The translations under genes and the position numbers were made by a program. 64,000 nt of DNA, from assembly GCA_965199955.1 (NCBI GenBank), contig CBDATQ010000001.1, forward strand, positions 1,152,001 to 1,216,000. Direction: 5' to 3'. The first letter of the stretch is position 1. Each line of letters begins with the position of its first letter. Source of the DNA: Spirochaetia bacterium (lineage in GTDB: Bacteria; Spirochaetota; Spirochaetia; SZUA-6; Bin103). Shown here one piece after another: positions 58,057-64,000 of this stretch. The notes beneath the pieces are model-generated. The model was not told where the DNA came from. It saw only the letters and a program-made list of their open reading frames with translations, and did no database searches.

Positions 58057-60009
58057 CTACTTGACCTTGGCGCCGCTGGCGGTGTCGCCCGGCACCTCGA
58101 CCAGGGCCAGGTTGCCGGCGTCGTCCTCGGCGGCCAGCAGCATGCCCTGCGACTCGATGCCGCGCAGCTTGGCCGGCTTCAGGTTGGCGACCACGACGAT
58201 CTTGCGGCCGACCATCTGCTCCGCCTCGTACCAGGCGGCGATGCCGGCGACGATGGTGCGCTCCTCGACGCCGATGCGGACGCCGAGCTTCAGCAGGCGG
58301 TCGGTCTTCGGCACGCGCTCGGCCGTCAGGACCTCCGCGACGCGCAGGTCGACGCGGCCGAATTCGTCGAAGGTGATCAGGTTGTCGTCGCTCACCCCGG
58401 GCTCCTTGTCTATGGTCTGCGGCGGCTCTGCCGCAGGTTTCGGTGTCTTCGGCTGTTTCCTCTCTTTCCGCGGCTGCTTGCCGGTGTCGATCCGGGGAAA
58501 GAGCGCCGGCGGGTCGGACGCGACCACGGTACCCGGCGTCGTGAGCCCCCAGCGCGCCCCGTCGCGGACGCTCTGCGCCCGCCCGCCCACGGCGGACAGC
58601 AGCGTCGCGGACTTGGCCGGCATGGCAGGCGCAAGCAGCACCGCGGCGATACGCAGGCCCTCGACCGCGGTGTAGAGGACGGTATCCAGGCGCTCGCGGT
58701 CCTGCGGGTCCTTGGCCAGCGCCCATGGCTGCTGGTCGTTGAAGTAGCGGTTGACCCGGCGCACGAACTGCAGGATCTCTTCCAGCGCGCCGTTCAGGCG
58801 CATGTTGGCGATCAACTCGCGCACCGCGTCGGCCAGGCCGTCGGCGTGCTCGGCCACCTCCCGCTCGGCCGGCCCCGGCTGCGGCGTGCCGACGGTGCCG
58901 CCCAGATGGCGGTTGACCAGGGTGAGCGACCGCGACATCAGGTTGCCCAGGTCGTTGGCCAGGTCGGCGTTGTAGCGCTCCACCAGGCCGTACTCGCCGG
59001 CGTTGCCGTCGTTGCCGTACGGCAGGATGCGCAGCAGGTAGTAGCGGACGGCGTCGGTGCCGTAGCGGTCCGCGAGCTCGAACGGGTCGAGCACGTTGCC
59101 GAGCGACTTGCTCATCTTGCGGCCGTCGGACCCGGACAGGTAGCCGCCGACCAGGATGCGCTCCGGCAGCGGCAGGCCGGCCGACTTGAGCATGGTCGGC
59201 CAGAACATGGCGTGCTGGCGCAGGATGTCCTTGCCGATCAGGTGCCAGGTGCGCGGCCAGAAGGTGTGGTAGCGAGGATCGTCGGGGTAACCGAGCGCGG
59301 AGACGTAGTTGATCAGCGCATCGAACCAGACGTAGGTGACGTGCGAATCGTCCCACGGCAGCCCGATCCCCCACGGCAGCCGCTCGCGCGGGCGGGAGAT
59401 CGACAGGTCGCCGACCGGCTCGCGCAGCAGGCCGAGCATCTCCGAGCGGTAGCCGGCCGGGTGGATCCAGCCGGGGTTGGCTTCCAGGTGCTCGCGCAGC
59501 CACTCCCGGTACTTCTCCATGCGGAAGAACCAGTTGCCTTCGCGGCGCAGGACCGGCGGGTCGCGGTCCTCTGGCAGCTTGCCGTCGACCAGCTCGTCCT
59601 CGCCGACGTAGCGTTCCTGGCCGACCGAATACAGCCCTTCGTACTCGCCGAAGTAGACGTCCCCCTCGTCGTGGACACGCTGCAGGATCGCGCGCACCAC
59701 CCGCTTGTGGCGCTCCTCGGTGGTGCGGATGAAGTCGTCCTGCGAGATGTCGAGCGCCTCCCAGGCGTCGCGGAAGCGCTGGCTGACCCGGTCGACGAAC
59801 GCCTGCGTGTCACAGGCGGCCTCGGCCGCGGCGTTGTTCACCTTCTCGCCGTGCTCGTCGGTGCCGGTCAGGAACCAAGTGTCGTGGCCGTCCGAGCGGT
59901 GCCAGCGCGCCAGGAAGTCGGTGGTCACGGTGGTATAGGCGTGCCCGACGTGCGGCTGGTCGTTCACGTAGTAGATGGGTGTGGTGACGTAGCAGGGGAC
60001 TTTGGACAT
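58057..60009 (-). CDS. metG: Methionine--tRNA ligase with C-terminal tRNA-binding OB domain
   Basis: TTPIYYVN, HVGH, GTDEHG, YVWFDALINY, GKDI, KMSKS, ESQGMLL. Confidence 0.96.
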   Translation of the reverse strand: MSKVPCYVTTPIYYVNDQPHVGHAYTTVTTDFLARWHRSDGHDTWFLTGTDEHGEKVNNAAAEAACDTQAFVDRVSQRFRDAWEALDISQDDFIRTTEERHKRVVRAILQRVHDEGDVYFGEYEGLYSVGQERYVGEDELVDGKLPEDRDPPVLRREGNWFFRMEKYREWLREHLEANPGWIHPAGYRSEMLGLLREPVGDLSISRPRERLPWGIGLPWDDSHVTYVWFDALINYVSALGYPDDPRYHTFWPRTWHLIGKDILRQHAMFWPTMLKSAGLPLPERILVGGYLSGSDGRKMSKSLGNVLDPFELADRYGTDAVRYYLLRILPYGNDGNAGEYGLVERYNADLANDLGNLMSRSLTLVNRHLGGTVGTPQPGPAEREVAEHADGLADAVRELIANMRLNGALEEILQFVRRVNRYFNDQQPWALAKDPQDRERLDTVLYTAVEGLRIAAVLLAPAMPAKSATLLSAVGGRAQSVRDGARWGLTTPGTVVASDPPALFPRIDTGKQPRKERKQPKTPKPAAEPPQTIDKEPGVSDDNLITFDEFGRVDLRVAEVLTAERVPKTDRLLKLGVRIGVEERTIVAGIAAWYEAEQMVGRKIVVVANLKPAKLRGIESQGMLLAAEDDAGNLALVEVPGDTASGAKVK

Positions 60010-60109
60010 GGTGCGGCTCGGGACCCGCGGCGCGGGTGCGTATCTTGCTGGAAGCGGGACTTCCGCGCAACGTCCCGACCGCGTGAGGAGAAGGAACTCG
60101 TTCCGAGCC

Positions 60110-60364
60110 TCAGCGAAGCTGCGAAAGCGTGCGCTTGGCGCAGTCCAGGATGTCGAAGCGGCGACAGATCGACTTGACCTTGCCGAGGTCGATCTCCGCT
60201 CGAAGATTGCCTTGCTGGCTGTGCTCTCCCTTGGGCAGCCAGGAAGTCTGCTTCCGGTAGTGGATCCTCCAGTGATGCCGGGTCTCAATCGCCGTATGGC
60301 CGCCGGCGCATGCGTTCAGCATCTCGAAGACTTTGCGGAGTTGAATCTGTCCATGGCCGGGCAC
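60110..60364 (-). CDS. Small basic protein, HicA-like toxin candidate
   Basis: 84 aa; ..RHHWRIHY..LPKGEH..EIDLGKVKSICRRFDI resembles the HicA C-terminal pattern. Confidence 0.5.
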   Translation of the reverse strand: MPGHGQIQLRKVFEMLNACAGGHTAIETRHHWRIHYRKQTSWLPKGEHSQQGNLRAEIDLGKVKSICRRFDILDCAKRTLSQLR

Positions 60365-60378
60365 GCGGGGAAGCCGCC

Positions 60379-60840
60379 TCAGGCGGCGATCTCGACGGCG
60401 GTCGGAGCGGGGTTGTTCCGCGCCGATGGCTGCACGAACTCGACGACCTTCGCGCTGAACGTCGGTTGCGGCACTTTGGGAAGGTCGCTCTCGATCCTCC
60501 CAGCGGCCACGTCCTCGCGCGCCGATGCGAAAGCTCGCTCGGCCCACGGATCGGTATCGTCGAAGAACTGCCGCACCGACGCGGAGAAGGCGTCGAGGTC
60601 GGGAGCGGCGTCAGCCAAGTCGTAGAGCACGAGTTCGATCGACTGCTCCAGGTCGTGGTATGCCTCCCGCAAGGTCACACCCTGGCCGGCGACGCCGCCG
60701 GGCTGCAGGCCATGAGCGAGGTATGCGCCGTCCGGCTCCACAGTAACCACCGCTCCGCCACGGAACTCGACCCCCGCCAGGTAGCGAGCTCCTTGCACCG
60801 TGACCCGGTACGTGAAAACGAGCGGATAGGCGGTACCCAT
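60379..60840 (-). CDS. HicB-like antitoxin candidate
   Basis: DGAYLA...PGGVAGQGVTLREAYHDLEQSIELVL matches the HicB G.T..EA...A/S core. Confidence 0.55.
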   Translation of the reverse strand: MGTAYPLVFTYRVTVQGARYLAGVEFRGGAVVTVEPDGAYLAHGLQPGGVAGQGVTLREAYHDLEQSIELVLYDLADAAPDLDAFSASVRQFFDDTDPWAERAFASAREDVAAGRIESDLPKVPQPTFSAKVVEFVQPSARNNPAPTAVEIAA

Positions 60841-61093
60841 GTGCCGGAACCTATCGTCGGCGGGCCAGCGGCACATCGTCAAGAGCAACTGCCGTGCCGG
60901 GCGGGCCTCAGTGGCTTCCGATGTCGCGTGGGGCCGGGGTGTCGGGTCCGGGAGCGCGAAACTGACGTGTGCCGAGAGCTCCGACCCGTTCTTGACGCAG
61001 TGAGTTGGACAGGCGAGTCTGAGACGCGCGACACGGGACGGCGCGAATCTTACACGCGCAGGAAATGTTCGCAGTCTAGGCTTGAAGCCTAAT

Positions 61094-63086
61094 CCGAAGT
61101 TCCAGAGCGTGAATCTCTCGTAATTTCATTGACAGAAAATTAGTTGCAAGGTGATCTGCGTGCTGATTGGCGTCGTTTCGTGTCCATGCAGATGGTGGTG
61201 AATAGCGGCGAGATACATGCTATTTGATCTTGACATATCGTGATTTGTGTGCATGCTGTTGCCACAGATCGGTAGTCATGTACATCGAGTCTGTCCCCAA
61301 CCGCTCCTCTCCCCCTGCCATCCTGCTCCGCGAGTCCTACCGCGAGCACGGCAAGGTCAAGAAGCGCACGCTCGCGAACCTCTCCAAATGGCCCCCTGAT
61401 CTGGTCGACGGCTTGCGCACCCTGCTCAAGGGCGGCCACGCCTTCGCCTCGGTCTCGGATGCGTTGCTGCTCACGCGCTCGCTGCCCCACGGCCACGTCG
61501 CCGCCGTGCTGGGCATCCTCAAGCAGCTCGGACTCCATACCCTCATCGCCCGCAAGGCCAGCCGCTCGCGCGAGCTGATCATCGCCATGATCACCGCCCG
61601 CGTCATCGACGCGCAGTCCAAACTGGCCACCGCCCGCGCGCTCTCACCGCCCAGCGCCGTGTCCACCCTGGGCGAGTCGCTGCGGTTGGGGGAGGTCGAT
61701 GAGAACGAGCTCTACGAGGCGATGGACTGGTTGGTCGGGCGCCAGGCGGCGATCGAGGACCGCCTGGCCGAACAGCACCTCAGCGAGCACACGCTGGTGC
61801 TCTACGACGTGAGCTCGACCTACTTCGAGGGCAGCCACTGCGAGCTGGCGCAGTTGGGACACAGCCGTGACGGCAAGTCGGGCACGCTGCAGATCGTGTT
61901 CGGGCTGCTGTGCACCCAGGAAGGCTGTCCGGTGGCGGTGGAGGTATTCCCTGGCTCTACCGCCGACCCGAAGACGGTGAGCGCGCAGGTGGACAAGATC
62001 CGCACCCGCTTCGGACTCACGCGGGTGGTGCTGGTCGGCGACCGCGGGATGCTGAGCGCGGCGAGGATCCGCGAGGACCTGCAAGAGGTGGAGGGGCTGC
62101 GCTGGATCACCACGCTGCGCGCGCCGACGATCCGCAAGCTGGTGGCCGCCGGCGAGGTGGCGCCGTCGTTGTTCGACGAGCGCGACCTGGCCGAGATCAC
62201 CAGCGAGGAGTTTCCGGGCGAGCGGCTGATCGTGTGCCGCAACCCGTTGCTGGCCGACGAACGGGAGCGCAAGCGCCAGGAGCTGCTACAGGCCACCGAG
62301 CAGAAGCTGGCCCCGATCGCTCAGGCCACCCAGCGCGTCCATCAGCCGCTACGGGGCGAGGCCGAGATCGGCATGCGGGTCGGCAAGGTGATCAATCACT
62401 ACAAGGTGGGCAAGCACTTCGTGACCGAGATCACCTCCGAGTCGTTCAGCTTTCGGCGCGATGAGGCCAAGATCGACGCCGAGCAGGCGCTGGACGGGCT
62501 GTACATCGTGCGCAGCAACGTGGAGCCGCAGGTGCTCGACGCGGCGCAGACGGTGCGCGCCTACAAGGGGCTGTCGAAGGTGGAGCGGGCGTTTCGGTGC
62601 ATGAAGTCCGTGGACCTGAAGGTGCGCCCGATTCACCACCGGCGCGCCGATCGGGTGCGGGCGCACGTGCTGCTGTGCATGCTGGCCTACTACGTGGAGT
62701 GGCACATGCGGCGCTCGCTGGCGCCGTTGCTGTTCGACGATCACGATCGACAGGGCGCCGAGCGCAAGCGGGTCTCCGAAGTGGCGCCGGCGCAGCGATC
62801 GGCGGCCGCGGCGGCCAAGGCGTCGAGCAAGCGCACCGAGGACGGGCTGCCGGTGCACAGCTTTCGGACGTTGATCGACGAACTGGGCACCCTGACGGCG
62901 AACACGATGCGAATCGCCGACGGCGAAAGCACATTCACGCTGCACACGCACCCGACGCCGGTTCAGCAGCGCTGTTTCGAGCTGCTTGGGGTCACGCCCC
63001 GCATGTAGCCATGCACAGGAACCTGCACCATTGAGAAACTACCCTGACCACAAGGACTTCAGGCAATTTCGCTCCTGGAACTTCGG
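61094..63086 (+). mobile_element. Complete IS1634-family insertion sequence (1993 bp)
   Basis: Terminal IR CCGAAGTTCCAG (61094-61105) / CTGGAACTTCGG (63075-63086); flanking direct repeat CCTAAT at 61088-61093 and 63087-63092. Confidence 0.92.
61278..63008 (+). CDS. IS1634-family DDE transposase
   Basis: LLRESYRE.GKVK.RTLANLS, LYDVSSTYFEG, GHSRDGK, GDRGM, YKGLSKVERAFR. Confidence 0.93.
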   Translation: MYIESVPNRSSPPAILLRESYREHGKVKKRTLANLSKWPPDLVDGLRTLLKGGHAFASVSDALLLTRSLPHGHVAAVLGILKQLGLHTLIARKASRSRELIIAMITARVIDAQSKLATARALSPPSAVSTLGESLRLGEVDENELYEAMDWLVGRQAAIEDRLAEQHLSEHTLVLYDVSSTYFEGSHCELAQLGHSRDGKSGTLQIVFGLLCTQEGCPVAVEVFPGSTADPKTVSAQVDKIRTRFGLTRVVLVGDRGMLSAARIREDLQEVEGLRWITTLRAPTIRKLVAAGEVAPSLFDERDLAEITSEEFPGERLIVCRNPLLADERERKRQELLQATEQKLAPIAQATQRVHQPLRGEAEIGMRVGKVINHYKVGKHFVTEITSESFSFRRDEAKIDAEQALDGLYIVRSNVEPQVLDAAQTVRAYKGLSKVERAFRCMKSVDLKVRPIHHRRADRVRAHVLLCMLAYYVEWHMRRSLAPLLFDDHDRQGAERKRVSEVAPAQRSAAAAAKASSKRTEDGLPVHSFRTLIDELGTLTANTMRIADGESTFTLHTHPTPVQQRCFELLGVTPRM

Positions 63087-63090
63087 CCTA

Positions 63091-64000
63091 ATGAATTTAT
63101 CAAAATTGGGGCGGTTTATGACAGGGCAAGACCGGCTCTTCGAGCCGGTCGTACAACGGTCGGGGTGGATCGATCTCGATGAATCAACATTCGAGTTCCT
63201 TGCGCGCGGCGGCAGACATGAGGCTTCAGAGATCCGAGATTGGATGGAAGAGGAGTGGAGCGAGATCCCCTGTTGCCGCAGGACGGACTTAGGGATAGGG
63301 AACCGTCTAAAGTCCAAGAAATTCAAGCAATATTGAGGCGTACTTCGAGCTTCAGGTTCATCATCTGCTCCGGCGTCTGGGCCTCGAAATCGACATCGAG
63401 CCATCACTTGCTGGGACAGACAAGACCGTTGACTTTCGGTGTACAGCGCTTGGCACCCTCTCTTTTTTGTAGAAGCCACGGTGAGCGGGTTGAATAGGCT
63501 GAGCGCGAACCAGAATCTGGAAGATGTGAGGAGAAAGATCACAAAGGGTGTGGCGCATTCTCACTCGCATGTGGATCTGGAGGTCGAAGGAAGGCTCGAG
63601 ACGACCCTTTCGAGAGAGCGTTTCGTGAGTCCTATCCTCGATCTGTTGAACAAGTGCCCCGCAGATGAAGTGCTACGGCGCGAGAGTGTTCGCATATCGG
63701 GAGGCCAAGCTTGCGCCCCGATTGCTATCGTATCGGAAGGAGCCTGGAAACTGACAACAAAGCTGCGTGTCTTCGCGCCAGAAACAGTCGGTCGCGTCCG
63801 GGGGCCAATAGAGGTAGACGATGTGGCTGTCGAGTGTCGATGAGGCAAAACTTGAAAACGAAAGCGTCGCACTGGCGAAGCTTGGGGCGGAAGGATGAGG
63901 TTGCTATCATCGCGATCAACGCCTGTCATAGGCTCTTCGGTTCCCAAGAGCTGGAAGAGGAGGTCGGGAGAGTGATCTACAACGACTTCAGCGGGACCGT
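63091..64000 (+). pseudogene. Frameshifted lower-GC gene with PD-(D/E)xK-like motifs (runs off window end)
   Basis: Stitching frames gives AYFELQVHHLL..G.EIDIEP..KTVDF..FFVEAT..LKTKA..IIAIN; breaks near 63335, 63460 and 63840. Confidence 0.55.

Noticed and set aside
1..64000. tRNA, rRNA or riboswitch genes
   Set aside because: Intergenic spaces are short and no cloverleaf or conserved RNA motif was recognised by eye. An Infernal or tRNAscan run would be decisive.

Overview
A gene-dense, very GC-rich bacterial chromosome segment of about 55 genes. By-eye family assignments (FlgD-Ig/OmpA giant protein, MraY and acyl-CoA ligase style) suggest a Spirochaetota-like organism; this is inference. 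Housekeeping genes include argH (partial), hflX, mtaB, mraY, prs, rpsR, metG, cobU and ferritin. Small-molecule and sugar catabolic enzymes are numerous: two enolase-superfamily proteins, three Gfo/Idh/MocA oxidoreductases, UxaE, a DapA-like aldolase, PhyH, P450 and GH172. Notable items: (1) a LigD-like protein whose ligase domain has lost every catalytic motif and its OB domain while PE and POL domains are intact; (2) a glycosyltransferase - altered M20 homologue - GpgS operon; (3) focal decay by internal deletion in purF, an ABC/DUF1854/HAD operon, an MjaI-like restriction gene fused to a DUF4276 tail, and a VapBC pair, alongside several short tandem duplications at gene boundaries; (4) a divergent hicB-hicA-like pair; (5) a complete IS1634-family element with 12-bp inverted repeats and a 6-bp target duplication; (6) recurrent TANNNT boxes 6-9 nt before start codons, suggesting leaderless mRNAs. 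No rRNA, tRNA or CRISPR array was seen. All family calls come from motif recognition; no database search was run.
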